Source: Octopus bimaculoides (Eukaryota). Taken from it: a stretch of DNA of 64,000 nucleotides. The notes beneath the pieces are model-generated. The model ran no database searches and was not told where the DNA came from. It saw only the letters and a list, made by a program, of their open reading frames with translations. Made by a program: the position numbers and the translations under genes. Location of the stretch: assembly GCF_001194135.2 (NCBI RefSeq), contig NC_069006.1, positions 9,478,326 to 9,542,325 of the forward strand. The letters run 5' to 3'. Positions 23,511 through 36,300 of this stretch are shown one piece after another (the stretch's first letter is position 1; each line of letters begins with the position of its first letter).

Positions 23511-25385
23511 CACATTCGTCCTCAGAATTTTTCATACCCTTGTTCATTTTTATGATGAAATGAATGCATTTTGTCAAGTTTGTTTATGAGTGACCAACGA
23601 GTGGAAGAATAACAATAATAAGCGCAGGAGTGGTTGTGTGGTAGATTCAGTCCCGCTGCGCTGCGTGAAATCTTGGGTAAGTGTCTTCTACTATAACCTC
23701 GGGCCGACCAAAGCCTTGTGAGTGGATTTGGTAGGCGGAATCTGAAAGAAGCCCGTTGTATATATGTATGTATATATATATATATATATATGTGTGTGTT
23801 TGTCCCCCCAACATCACTTGACAACCGATAGCGGTTCGGGAAAAGAGACTGACAGAATAAGTACTAGGCTTACAAAGAATAAGTCCTGGGGTCGATTTGC
23901 TCGACTAAAGGCGGTGTTCCAGCATGGCCACAGTCAAATGACTGAAACAAGTTAAAGAGTAAGTGGAAGAATAACAACAATACACAATTGAAGAAATTCT
24001 TCAGTTCAGGAGTATTTTATTCATGGATTTTCAAAAAATGCCATGTTCAAAATTATGCAAACCATAGGTTTACTGAGTCCAATATCTTTCTTCAAAAATC
24101 AATAGCATGGCTTTTGTTTTTTATGACTGTTTCTAGATGATTCTTGTATGTGTTTACAAGCTTCCTGCATGTCTTCTGTAGAACGATGGTGCACACTTCT
24201 TTGGCAAAAACCTCGAGCTGGGCCAGATATACATAGAGGAAAAATGTTGTGGTAATTCTCAGTTTCTGATCATCATAGCCAAGGAGCTCAGTAAGTGAAG
24301 GAAAGGATTACAAGGCCATTTCAAAGTAATATGGCATCCCTGTAGCAACCATCAATAAGTGTAAGGTGTCTCCTAAACTTGCCAGGAAAAGCTGCCAACA
24401 GGTCAACACCAACACCCAGACCACAATCAAGGCCCTAATTGAAATGTTTGACCAGGCAGGGATGAAGGTGTCACAGTCCACCATTGAGCAAGTTTTGCAC
24501 AGAGGAGGTCTCGATGGATGTAGGCCTTGGAAGATGTTGCTGCTCAAGAAGAAACACCTGGAGGCTCGTCTGGCCTTTGCTAGGTCACCTGAAGCAAGTT
24601 CTCAGATTTTGGTCAACGATCCTGTGGTCTGATGAGACAAAGTTGGCCATATGGATGCCGAAAATGTCTGGAGGAAGACAGAAGCATACAAGCCGAAGAA
24701 CATTGTGCCCACTGTCAAGTATGGTAGTGGAAACAATGTTATGGGGATGCTTCTCTTCCAGTGGCACAGGAAACCTTGTCAAAGTCCAAAGGATCATGAG
24801 AAAGGATCCTTGATGAGAATGTGAAGGAATCCATGGAGAAACTCCAACTCGGCTACAACTAAAAGTACCAGCAGGACAATGATCCGAAACATACCATCAA
24901 GGTAGTGAAGAAATGGCTCAAGGACAATGATGTCAACATCCTAGAACAGCCAAGTCAGACTTGAATCCAATTGAGAACTTATGGCAAGACTAAGACCAGG
25001 GTGATGGCTAGGAAACTGACCAACCTGACTCAGATCAAGGCTTTCGCCAAAGAAGAGTGAGTCAACATCCCACGGAAGACATGCAGGAAGCTTGTAGACA
25101 CATACAAGAATCATCTAGAAGCAGTCACAAAAAACAAAAGCCATGCTATTGATTTTTGAAGAAAGATATTGGACTCAGTAAACCTATGGTATGCATAATT
25201 TTGAACATGGCATTTTTTGAAAATCCATGAAATGAAGAATTTCTTCAATTGCGTATTGTTGTTATTCTTCCACTTGTTGGTCGCCCATAAACAAACTTGA
25301 CAAAATATATTCATTTCATCACAAAATTTTTTTTTTTAAATTACAAAAATTAACAAGGGTATGAACAATTTTGAAGATGACTATG
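23511..25385 (+). mobile_element. Tc1-family DNA transposon, decayed, with long inverted repeats
   Basis: Frameshifted transposase with WSDETK, PTVK, WGCFSSSGTG, QQDNDPKHT and NPIENLW motifs (about 24290-25159). Left end cacattcgtcctcagaatttttcataccc matches the reverse complement of the right end gggtatgaacaattttgaagatgactatg, followed by TA. Confidence 0.85.
23621..23960 (+). mobile_element. OR-like SINE inserted into the Tc1 left inverted repeat
   Basis: Flanked by a 22-bp near-perfect duplication (23599-23620 and 23961-23982) that is single-copy in the right inverted repeat. Confidence 0.85.
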
Positions 25386-25556
25386 TATACACACACAAAG
25401 GGGTTGCTGAAAAGTTCCTGGCTTTAAGGGTATCACGAAAAGCCAAGCTGGAGGCCCAGACTTCTAAGTTCTTTTGTAGGATTTAAAAAAACCTGAAGGA
25501 CCACTGCAATAAGTGTGAATCAGAGGGGAATATGTTGAATAAAATCATCATTAACT

Positions 25557-25607
<51 letters not shown>

Positions 25608-25619
25608 GAAGGGGCAGTT

Positions 25620-26050
25620 CTTTAGAGCAGTTGTTGGATCTGTACTTGTATAGGAATCTCCATCTTGGACTCTCACCAAGAGACTCGAGTGCATGCTGGA
25701 TAGTGCCTACGGCAGAATGTTTCATGCAGTGCTCAACATCTCTTGGAGGGGACACCCAACAAAACAGCGGTTATATGGGAAAGTACCAACTCTCTCATCA
25801 GCCATCCATGAGCGGAGATCGGGATTTGCTGGCCATTGCTGGAGGAGTAAATGAGAACTTGTGAGTAATGTGTTGCTGTGGACATGAAACCATGGTACCA
25901 CAGCGGCTGAATGACCATGGAAGACGTATATACAACAGGTTGTAGAATATGTTGGATGCCAAGTTGAAGACCTAAAATCACTAATGGAAGATTGGGATGG
26001 ATGGAGAGAGGTAGCCAGGCTGGCCCAGGCAATCGGACTGACTGGATGAT
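25620..26050 (+). mobile_element. RTE-clade LINE 3' fragment
   Basis: Encodes WTLTKRLECMLDSAYGRMFHAVLNISWRGHPTKQRLYGK...FAGHCWRS with stops. Confidence 0.75.
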
Positions 26051-26170
26051 GCCTCATAAAAATTTTTTTTTTATTTAAAAAATATATATATATCATTCAA
26101 CATCTGCTTTCCATGCTGGCATGGTTTGATTGGAACTGGTAAGCTGAAAAGCTGCACCAGGTCCCAGTCT

Positions 26171-26203
<33 letters not shown>

Positions 26204-27338
26204 TACACATAATAACCTGTCTACATAACCTGCTATACTTCATCCCTGTAGCAGGGATAGACAACAGAAGGGACAACCCTAATGAGAAAAGCATGTCATT
26301 TGTTCAATCAGCAGTTAAAAGAGGGGCTGGAAGTGTTTACAGGGCCTCCACATTAAAACCAAGCCTTGCTAACTTTAATGTGTTTGCATAAGTACATTGT
26401 CATCCATTAAGACTAATTGAGGGGAAGATCAAAAATGTAACGGTTTTGTCATTTGGGAACCAAACAATTCGGCCTGGATCACAAGAGAAAGTTTTGCACA
26501 ATGACTATCAGGTTCATATTTTTACTAGCAAGAAAAAGAGATTGCAAGAAACACAAAATGTGTCACTCTGAACTGGAGGGATTGCCAGTGAGTGATGATA
26601 AGGCTGTAAGAACTCCCATTCACACCAGAAACTCAATGCCCTTCAGATCAACATTCCTATTAAACTGCCATATTTGATAGCTTGTAGGCACAAGTATGGC
26701 TGTGTAGGAAGAAGCTTGCTTCCGAATTGCAATGGTTCTCGGTTCAGTCCCTCCGAAAATTAGCTTAGGCCAGTGTCTTCTACTATAGCCTTGGGCCAAC
26801 TAAAACCTTGAATGGATTTGGCAGACGGAAACTGAAAGAAGCCTGTTGTAAATGTGTGTGTGTACACTACCACCACTTGTCAACAGGTGTTGGTAAGTTT
26901 ACATCCCTGTAACTTAGCAGTGCAGCAAAAGAGATAGAATAAGTATCAGGTTTAAAAATAAAAAATAAAAAAAAAAGGACTGGGACCAATTCATTTGGCT
27001 AAAATTTCTTCAAGGCGGTGCACCAGTAGGGCCACAGTTTAATGGCTGAAACAAGTAAAAAAAACACTATTTAAAAAAAAAAAAAAAGAAATCACTCTGA
27101 GTCTTTTCTACTCTAGGCACAAGGCCCTGAAAATTTTTTTGTGGGGGATGGGGGAGGCAGTCGAGTAGATCAACGCCAGTACGCAACTGGTATTTTATCA
27201 ACCCTGAAAGGATGAAAGGCAAAGCCAACCTCAGCAGAATTTGAACTCAAATTGTAAAGACATGAAATATTGCTAAGCATTTTGCCCGGCATGCTAACGT
27301 TTCTGCCAGCTCGCTGCCTTACTCAGGGTCCCATATTG

Positions 27339-27598
27339 CAGTGGTTCCCAAACCTTTTCAGGCTGCTGCCCCCTTGGTAACCAGGCCACATCTTCAGCAC
27401 CCCACCCACCCCCACAAAACAGACCACTTTCTGCAGCAAATTCAAAACAACTTAATTAACGCATTATTTTGAGGGTTTTTTTTTTACATACATTTCCTCA
27501 TTTCAGCCACCCCATTATCACCCCACTTTTTTTTATAATGCCCTCCTGAGTCTTTCCACTCCCTACCTGGGGAGTACCACCCAATTTGGGAACCACTG
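27339..27598. mobile_element. hAT-type MITE
   Basis: TIRs CAGTGGTTCCCAAA / TTTGGGAACCACTG, with a degenerate 8-bp duplication ccatattg / ctatatta. Confidence 0.7.
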
Positions 27599-27878
27599 CT
27601 ATATTACATGCTTTAACGTGCTAAAAACATTTTTCTCCTGTATATGCACTTCTGAAATTGGGGTGCATCTTACATGCCATCACAGAGGGGCTGTTTACCC
27701 ACCACCAAACTCATCTTGATTGCAAACCTTGGATCAGGGTATAATTTCTAATATGAAGGCCTGCTACCTTTGTTGCACTGGCAGGGTCATCAAGTAACTT
27801 GCAAGACAAGGAATTTTTTGAGACAGGATATAACATTAATTAGGTTGTGGCACAAAGAAAGAAAACATTACGAGTAAA

Positions 27879-27915
27879 AGTATAACGTTTTGGATGCAAC
27901 CCTTCTTCAGATACT
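27879..27915 (-). ncRNA. Minimal type-I hammerhead ribozyme relic (Penelope-like), G12-to-A
   Basis: Minus strand reads agtat-CTGAAGA-a-ggg/ttgca/tcc-aAA-ACGT-t-atact: 5-bp stem I, short stem II and a loopless palindromic stem III. The core GAA is changed to AAA. Confidence 0.6.
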
Positions 27916-28957
27916 AGAGGAAAGTTCAGGAAAGACCAAAAGGAGAAAGAAGAAACAAAAAGAGAGAAAAAATTTAGAAACAAGATATAGCTTCATCCCA
28001 GAAATAGCCCCTCTTGTCCCTTTCCCTTTTTCACTACTGCTTTTAAACTAAATTAATGACAAACCTTCGATATTCTTCCTACATCCATGCTCTTCTGCCT
28101 CTAGCTAGACATTCTCTCTCAACTGCCTAATAAAGGCAACAAACTTCCTATAACACCTCCACCACCCCCAACCAAACTTTTGTTTGCTTCAATTTAGCAA
28201 CTATTATTTGCAGTTCTGCTAATTCTATGGTGTCTAATCCTCCACCTCCCATCCCTGCAGCACATGGTTCACATCTGAAACAAAATTCTTCACCACCACC
28301 TCCCCCTCCTACACCCCCCCCCAACTGCACTCACAGCAACGCAGAAAACACTTCTCTAAAACACATGGATGCAGTCACTCACTGCACCCATCTGGAAGAC
28401 ATCCATTGTCACAATACCCACAAGAAAAGCAGAGCATACCTTTGAGTGTACAGCGTAGCATTGAAGCTCCTCTCTTACCTACAAATTGCAACAGAGCCTT
28501 CTGGTGGTACATTGTCAGCAGGGGGGGGGGGTCTACCAAATTTATAGAATCCTTCCAAGCATTACCCCCTCATTAGCCAAAACAGTTTGAATTTTTTCTT
28601 TTTTCTTTTTCTCAGCAGTTCAACTTTTTTTTTAATTTCCTTCCACCTTCATCATAGGAATAAAACAAATGCCAGCCTCCTTTAATATGTGTTCAACCAC
28701 AAAAAAAGAACTATTTCTTGGATCCTACAAACCTGTGGCCCTCTACAAAACTAGTGTGTGTGTGTGTGAGAGAGAGAGAGCACACATTTGTGTGTGTGTG
28801 TGTGTGTGTGTGCACTATAAACTGGTTGGCATTAGGAATGGCATCCAGTCATAGAAAGCATGTCAAAGAAGATAAGGGAGTTTAGTGCAGCCCTCTGACT
28901 TGCCAGCTTCTATTAAACAGTCCAACATGGAAAACGAACATTCAGGTGTGATATTTC

Positions 28958-29002
<45 letters not shown>

Positions 29003-30155
29003 GTGTGTGTTGTGTACATATGCCCAGGTGGTTAAGAAGCTGGCTAGTCAACTATGTTGTTTCTGGTTCATTCTCAATGTGTAGTGTCCTCTACTATATA
29101 CACACGCACACACAGATGGACCCACACAGATGCCACTACCCTTCAAAACCCTTAGTACTCCTGAACTTGGTGCAGTTTAAAAATCATACCCAGGAGAAGC
29201 TTCCTTACTTGAGCATAATAAACTACAAGTAGTTCCATATAATGGCTGACAAGAGAAAAGCTAGAGTCTGTGAGAAGGCACCTGTGAATGAAGTTTAGGT
29301 GGGGTTAAGCAGCATAGAGGTAGGGAACAATGGTCCCTTTGTCAGCCTTTCATCTGTCTGCACATTTTTATTTGTCAAAACAGGAGCACTGGTCTCTGAC
29401 TGTAGCTCTTATGGCTCCCAGACGTTGGTGGTGCACACCGATGGCCACACCACAGTACCTTACTTTAGCTAGTGAGTAAAACTATGTGGAGGGTACCAGG
29501 AATTTAGGCAGAATTGGTGTACTGGGCACATGACCCCTTAAGGTGCACAGCGACAAACAGCAGATGGGAAAGAAGGGCCCAATATGCTCAATGGCTCGAA
29601 AGGAATGATAACAAGATATGTGGTACATCTAGGGCCCTCTCTTGAAAGAATAGAGTTAGGGCAAGTTCCATGCTAGGAATTGGGACCCCCCCCCCCCNNN
29701 NNNNNNNNNNNNNNNNACACACACACACACACACCATGTGCGTAACTGCACCCACAGTAAATCATGGATCTTAACCCTTTTGTTACTGTATTTACTTTGA
29801 GATGCTCTATGTTTCTTTCAATTACTTTAAATATAACAAAGAATTTAGTAAAATCACTTAGTTATGATAAATAAAAGAAATCGAGCTGGCAGAAACGTTA
29901 GCACGTCAGGCGAAATGCTTAGCAGTGTTTCGTCTGTCTTTACGTTCTAAGTAAATTGTGACTAAGGTTTGGTGGAAGATTTTAATTCAAACCTTATGAA
30001 AACAAGACTGCAGCCATGCTGGAGCACCACACTGAAGAATTTTTAATCAAATGCTAAGGGGATGTAAACACACCAATAGAATGAGTACCAAACTTTAAAA
30101 AGTGACGAACACCAGTTATCAAGCAGTGGTGGAGCACAAACACAGACAGACACAC

Positions 30156-30188
<33 letters not shown>

Positions 30189-31829
30189 CACACACACACG
30201 GACTTCTTTCAGTTTCCATCTATAAAATCCATCCAAAAGGCTACTTGCCTAAGGTGTCGTGCAGTGGGACTGAACAGAGAACCATGTGGTTGGGAAGCAA
30301 GCTTCTTACCACATGGCTATATCTGTTCACAACACAGCAATATCCGCTGACCTTATCCGAAAATCATGCAAAACTCTAGTGCTTCCTATGATAGTTCAAC
30401 CTACGCTTCTAGTTGTTTCTGTTTGAGATGCAGGCCCGTAAAGTATAAGGAGAGATCTAATTTGTTCAGTGAGTCCAAGAACCAAAGAGGGGCTCAAGGC
30501 TGCTATCTGCTGGGCCCTGCTCTTAAAAAAAATAAAAGCTCAGGGACCTTGAATTTTAAGCAGGTAACATACATACTTTCACGTGAGATTTTGGCAAGTC
30601 TTTTAACACTGAACTCCAAGTGAACCCTCAAGAAGTCCTACAATCCTGCTTCAGCAAAAACCATCTCATTTTATTTATTTCAGAGACAATAAATCTAAGA
30701 CTGACTGAGGCAGTAGGATAGGATGTGATGTGAGAGGGATGTGGCTGCTATTTCTAGTAGGTCAAATGGCCATGTAAAAGCTAACTCACTGGTAAGTGTC
30801 CATTCTTTGTAAAGATGTACAATCTGCTCTTTGGCAAAAAATTACATTATTCTTATGTATTAAACTCTTTAGCATTTAAACCAACCATATCTGGCCCAAC
30901 TATTCTACTGGTTTTATGTCCAAGGTGGGCAGATCCAGCCTCTCACACCTACCCTGCAATCTCATTCTATAAATAAACAATCACATTATTGAAATCTCAA
31001 AGCTATGAGATAATGCCTAATTAATTCAAAACAATTTGAATAAAGAAGCAGAACATTTGAGAGAAAGTAATCCGAATGCTAAAGGGTTATGCATCATTTG
31101 TTTCAAACAAGACTATCACTACACACACACTTGGTTTTCACAGAATGTCTGCCTACCAAATGCACCGACAAGACTTTGGTTGGCCCAGGGCTATAGTAAA
31201 AGACACTCGCTCAAGGTGTTTTGCAGTGCAGTTGAACTAAAGACTACATACTAGGGAAGCATGCTGGTTTCAATTAAATTTCCAAGTAATTGAATAATTT
31301 GAATAAAATAACTTATTACTGAAATGGTGTTTAGAGCAAACAAGTTAGAACAGCAGATAAAATGCTTAGCAGTAGTCCATCCATCTTTACATTGAGATCA
31401 AATCCCGCCAAGGTCAGCTTTGTCTTTCATCCTTTCAGACTCGATGACAAACACCAGTCAAGCACTGGAGTCAATGTAACTGAATTATCCCCTGCCCCTG
31501 AATTTCTGGCGTTGTGGCTGTAGTAGAATGGATTATCAATCTGGGGTTTAAAAACTAAATTAACATGAAACTTCGATGGGAAATTTTAATTTTAGACCGC
31601 TTAAAAATATGAAAAACCAGGGGTGGTCTCAGTCAGGTTGGTATGAGATGGGTTAACAGTCAAAATTAAAATAGGTAGGTGTGTGAGTGAGGAAAACGAA
31701 ACTGCAAAACAAAAATCCAAATAAAATCATTTTTTCAAAAGCTTAATTGAAAGTGAAATAAACCCTTCTGTCGTATCTTTGGGTGGTTAGGAGCATGGTA
31801 GCAATAATAAACACATGCACTGGTTTCTA

Positions 31830-32095
31830 TTTCACTTCTTTATTATTTATTAGTTGGTTGGTTAAATGGTAAACCAATTGACCAATCGATCGATTAATAA
31901 TCGTTTGATCGATCAAGCAATCAGCCAGATTTGTCAAAGTCCCTTTCATCGTCATTTGCCACTTCATCAATGACAAGCTCCCTCTGCTCCAGATCTGCTT
32001 ACCAAACACCGAACAGTAATAGTAGTGGTGGTGGATGCTAAGTGGTGAAACATCCACAGATGGGTAGTGACATGGAAGCGATAGTGAAATGCCAT

Positions 32096-32132
<37 letters not shown>

Positions 32133-33300
32133 GAGCAGCAATATTAACAGTTGTTGTTGAAACCACTCCCCGAATTAAGATTGTACACATTATGAAAAGG
32201 GTCCCCACTTCCAACCGTGGCCACCGTAACACTTTGAAGTAATTTGAGGGACTAAACTAACTACAATTTGTCGATGAATATACAGCAGTTCTTCCTTTTT
32301 ATAAGACAGTAAAAGGTGAAATTTGAGGAAGATTTGACTGCTAGTTTTAGCAATTTGTGTAACCGTGTAGAGTCATTGACTGGATTTCAAATGTAGTAGA
32401 TGTAGTAGTAGTATCATGGAGCACGTACTAGTAGTAGTAGCATGAGTAGTGGAGAGAAAAATGTCGGCTGTTCGTGGAAAATGAAATGAAATGACATTAA
32501 GTTGAAAGAATTGGGTCTGAGAGAATCTATAAGGTAGAGTGAGAGAGACGGAATAGCAATGGTGAAGAGAGACTCGAAGGTAGTGCGCGCGTGAGAGAGA
32601 GAAAAGATGGGGGGGGTGAATGAGAGAAAGAGAACAACACGAATAAATACGGCGAGGTGGGGGGAGTGGATGTGAATGAATGGGTGAAAGAAGTAAACGA
32701 TGAAAGAAGTAGGGCAGCTAAAGCTTGCCATCAATAAAATGGAGTGGAAGTAAGAGTGGGAGGAGAGTGGCAGTGGAGATCCAGTTGTATGAGCAACGAT
32801 GTGAGGAAGGTGGAGGGAGGCTACAAAAGAGAAAGAGAGAGGGGTGGAAAGGAGTGAGTGAGGTTAGTGGATAGAGGGGTGGGATGCCGAGAAAGACAGA
32901 AAGGTGACAGATAGGGTGGGAGACCGAGAAAAAGAGAGAAAGGTGACAGAGGGAGTGGGAGAACGAGAAAAAGAGAGGGAGGAGTGGGGTTAATGAGTGA
33001 AAAGGTAGTGGAAGGCACAGAAAGAAAGATAGGAGTGAGTGAGGTCAGTTAGTGAGGGGATGGGGGAGAACGAGAAAGGGGGAGACGGAAGAAAGAGTGA
33101 GGTTAGTGACAGGGGTGATGGGAGAACGAAAAAGAAAGAGGGGGAGACGGAAGAAAGAGTGAAGTTAGTAAGAGGGGTGGTAGGAGACTGGAACAGAAAG
33201 AGAAAGAGAGTGGGAGAGAGAGAGAGAGATGAATGAAAACACGGAGAATGTAAGAACGAAAAGAGAGAGAACGGGATTATTGAGGAGTTGTTGATGAAGA
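31830..33300 (-). promoter_or_regulatory. Candidate promoter and 5' exon region
   Basis: CpG-retaining, SINE-poor unique sequence with a CT-rich minus strand, (TAC)n runs and a strong minus-strand donor TTG|GTAAGC after 32003. Confidence 0.35.
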
Positions 33301-33926
33301 TACCAGAACGCAGTGTATTCAATGTTCTGGAAGTGTCTTCGTAATTTCTCCCATACCACACAAGCTACATAAACACCCCAATCAGCATGAGGCCTGAGGT
33401 AGTGGTTTTGGCTTTTAATTAAAAGCTAGCAAATTGGGAAAGTTGTATCTGAGGAGAAAAAAATTGTCTGTCCCCACCAACCACAGCTTGACAACCTGTG
33501 TTTGGTTTTGTTTACATCCACGTAACTTAGCGATCCGACAAAACAGCAACGAGAAAGTATAAGGTTTTAAAAAACAGTAGAGGCAACCATTTGACTGCGG
33601 CCATGGTTTTTAGTCGAAGAAATCGACCCCAGGACTTATTCTTTGTGAGCCTAGTAGGTATTCTATGGGTGTCTTTTGCCGAACCGCTAAGTTACGGGAA
33701 CAACATACACACCAGCATCGGTTGTCAAGCAATGGCGATGCGAGGACAAACACAATTACACACGCAAATACATACATACATAAAATTCTAATTAAGGGTA
33801 TCTAAGAGATACCACTATACTTGAAATAGCAGCCAAAACTTGACTCTAAAACCACATTAAATGTTCATACAGCACCAGGAGAAAAGACAAAGAGATAAAA
33901 TAAAATAGCAAAAAAATTACTGGATA

Positions 33927-33985
33927 ATTCCAGATCACGGATTTTTGGCTCTGCATGAGAAATGCTCTGCCTTCATCAGAGGAAT
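33927..33985 (-). ncRNA. Second degenerate hammerhead ribozyme relic
   Basis: Minus strand reads attcct-CTGATGA-a-ggc(aga gcat ttctc atgc aga)gcc-aaaa-atc cgt gat-c-tggaat. Core GAAA reads AAAA and the first stem I pair is mismatched. Confidence 0.4.
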
Positions 33986-34173
33986 ATACTTCTTTTTTGC
34001 TAGTTTATTTTGTCGCTTATATATATATACATACACACACGACGAACTTCTTTCAGTTTCTGTCAAACAAACAAGGCTTTGGTTAGCCCGAGGTTACAGT
34101 AAAAGACACTTGTCCAAGGTGCCACACAGTGGGACTGAACCCAGAAACATGTGGCTTGGAAGCAAGCTACTTG

Positions 34174-34275
<102 letters not shown>

Positions 34276-35680
34276 CTAAATAGACACACAGCTTTGAGAT
34301 TAAGTTCACAACCATGTGGTTTTAGGTTCAGCCCCACTGCATGGCACCTATTAATCATAGGTTGAACAATGCCTTGTGAATGAATTTAGCAGATGGAAAC
34401 TATGTGGAAGCTTATGTGTGTGTGATCACTGTTTGACAACCAGTGTTGGTATGTTTATATCTCCATAACTTAGCAGTTTGCCAAAAGACACCAATAGAAG
34501 GCTTTAAAAAAAAGTACTAGAATCAATTCAACTAAAAATTCAAGGTGGTGCCCCAGCATGGCCACAGTAAAAACGGCTGAATCAAGTAAAAGATTACACA
34601 AAACAAAAAGTAAAATACAGAAAAAAAAATTTTAATAAAACAAAAGAAGCAAAAAAAAACTTTATATGCTGAGACAATGAAAGATTCTGTAAGTTTTAGT
34701 TGCTTTGAAATAGCAGCCATATTTCCTAATTTCATCTTACAATCCTCAACAACAACTGCAACTCCATTTGGAATACCAAGGAGGGTTCCACTTGATCCAA
34801 TCAACGGAACAGCTTGCTCATTATATTAATATGCGAGTGGCTTGAATACTTCACAGATCTGCGTAGCCTTAACATAGTTCTCAAGGAAGATTCAGCGTGA
34901 TACAGATTGTGACAAGGCTGGCCCCTTGAGAATTACAGGTACAACTCATTTTTGCCAGCTGAGTGGATTGGAGCAGCGTGAAATAAAGTGTTGTGTTCAA
35001 GGATGTAACGTGCCACCAGGAATTGAACTCACGGCCTCACAGTGCTGATCAAAATACCCTCAACACTAAGCTATGTGCCTTCATATCTTAAAGATACTTA
35101 AACCAATTTCACACCGAGGTCACATTAGCCATTCAAAAATTTTGACACCAAATAACAAATGCTTAACCCTTTAGCACTTAAACCAGTCAGATCCAGTCTC
35201 TCACACCTACCATACAATGTCATTCCAAAGATAAATAGAAATTAAAATTCAAAGCTACCACATAGTGCATGATTAATTCAAAACAATTTGAAAAAATAAG
35301 TTTTACATTTGACAGTAATCTGAATGCTAAAGGTTTCCATGTAATAAGTGTTTGTGTGCTTTAGAATGATTGATATGTATCTTCCATGTTGTAAATGTTT
35401 TAGTTTCAGTAGTAAAGTGGTCCTGTAAAAGAAAATTTGATGAAATAGCAGCCAAATCTCTTGGGTTTTTCAAACCATCATAAAAATGGATAAAACTACT
35501 CAAAGTAGTCCTGGAGGAGAAGATTCAATGCAGTTACTTTACTAGCTATGAAATACTAGCCATATTTCCTAATTTCAACCCAACCACCTTTAAAAAAGAA
35601 AGGGATCAAAATACTAAACATACTTCTAAAGGACCCCTGGTGGTCCACAAAAGGGGCCCGTGAACTAAATTCAAAATTTC

Positions 35681-35712
<32 letters not shown>

Positions 35713-36083
35713 NNNNNNNNNNCCCCCCGTCTGGCTGCTTTTCTTTCTACAAAACAGGAAGTTACATTGCGAAACAGTTATTTTGACGAGTTGAATTTAT
35801 TTATCACCCAAAGAGATACATCTGCACGGCCAGATGCTCCTGAACCAATTGTTGAGTGTCCCCACCACCAAGAAATTCATGAACCAATTGTTGTGATTGA
35901 TAATAAGTTGTCGTATATTCCATCTTCTGTCTTTCGTTTGCCATATATATATGTGACCATGTGTGTATCATTAGCGATTTTCTTTCTCCATCTTCCCCTT
36001 CTTTGGACTTTTTCTATCTTTCCGATGAAGAGCTCCACTCGAGACATCTTAAAAATGGATGAAAACACTGAATGAATAATGTA

Positions 36084-36300
36084 TGAGGAAGTGCTGAAAA
36101 GTTCCTGGCTCTGGATAAAAGAAAATATTGGAGGAACAGTTAATTAGGATTTTATTCAACATATTCACCCCTCAGATTCACACACTTATTGCAACAGTTA
36201 TTCAGTTTTTCTAAGCCCTATAAAAGAACACAGAAGTCTGGGCCTCCAACCAGGCCTTTTGCAACATCCTTAAAGCCAGGAACTTTTCAGCACCCCCTAA
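36084..36300. mobile_element. Mariner-type MITE
   Basis: TIRs gaggaagtgctgaaaagttcctggct / agccaggaacttttcagcacccccta with TA flanks. A partial relative lies at about 25398-25560. Confidence 0.75.

Noticed and set aside
28050-28460. Possible Penelope GIY-YIG remnant next to the hammerhead
   Set aside because: Only faint Cys/His/Pro similarity and no recognisable GIY/YIG motif, so it cannot be supported by eye.
29230-29690. Non-SINE segment as coding sequence
   Set aside because: Stops in the frames examined and no recognisable motif; likely an old transposon fragment.
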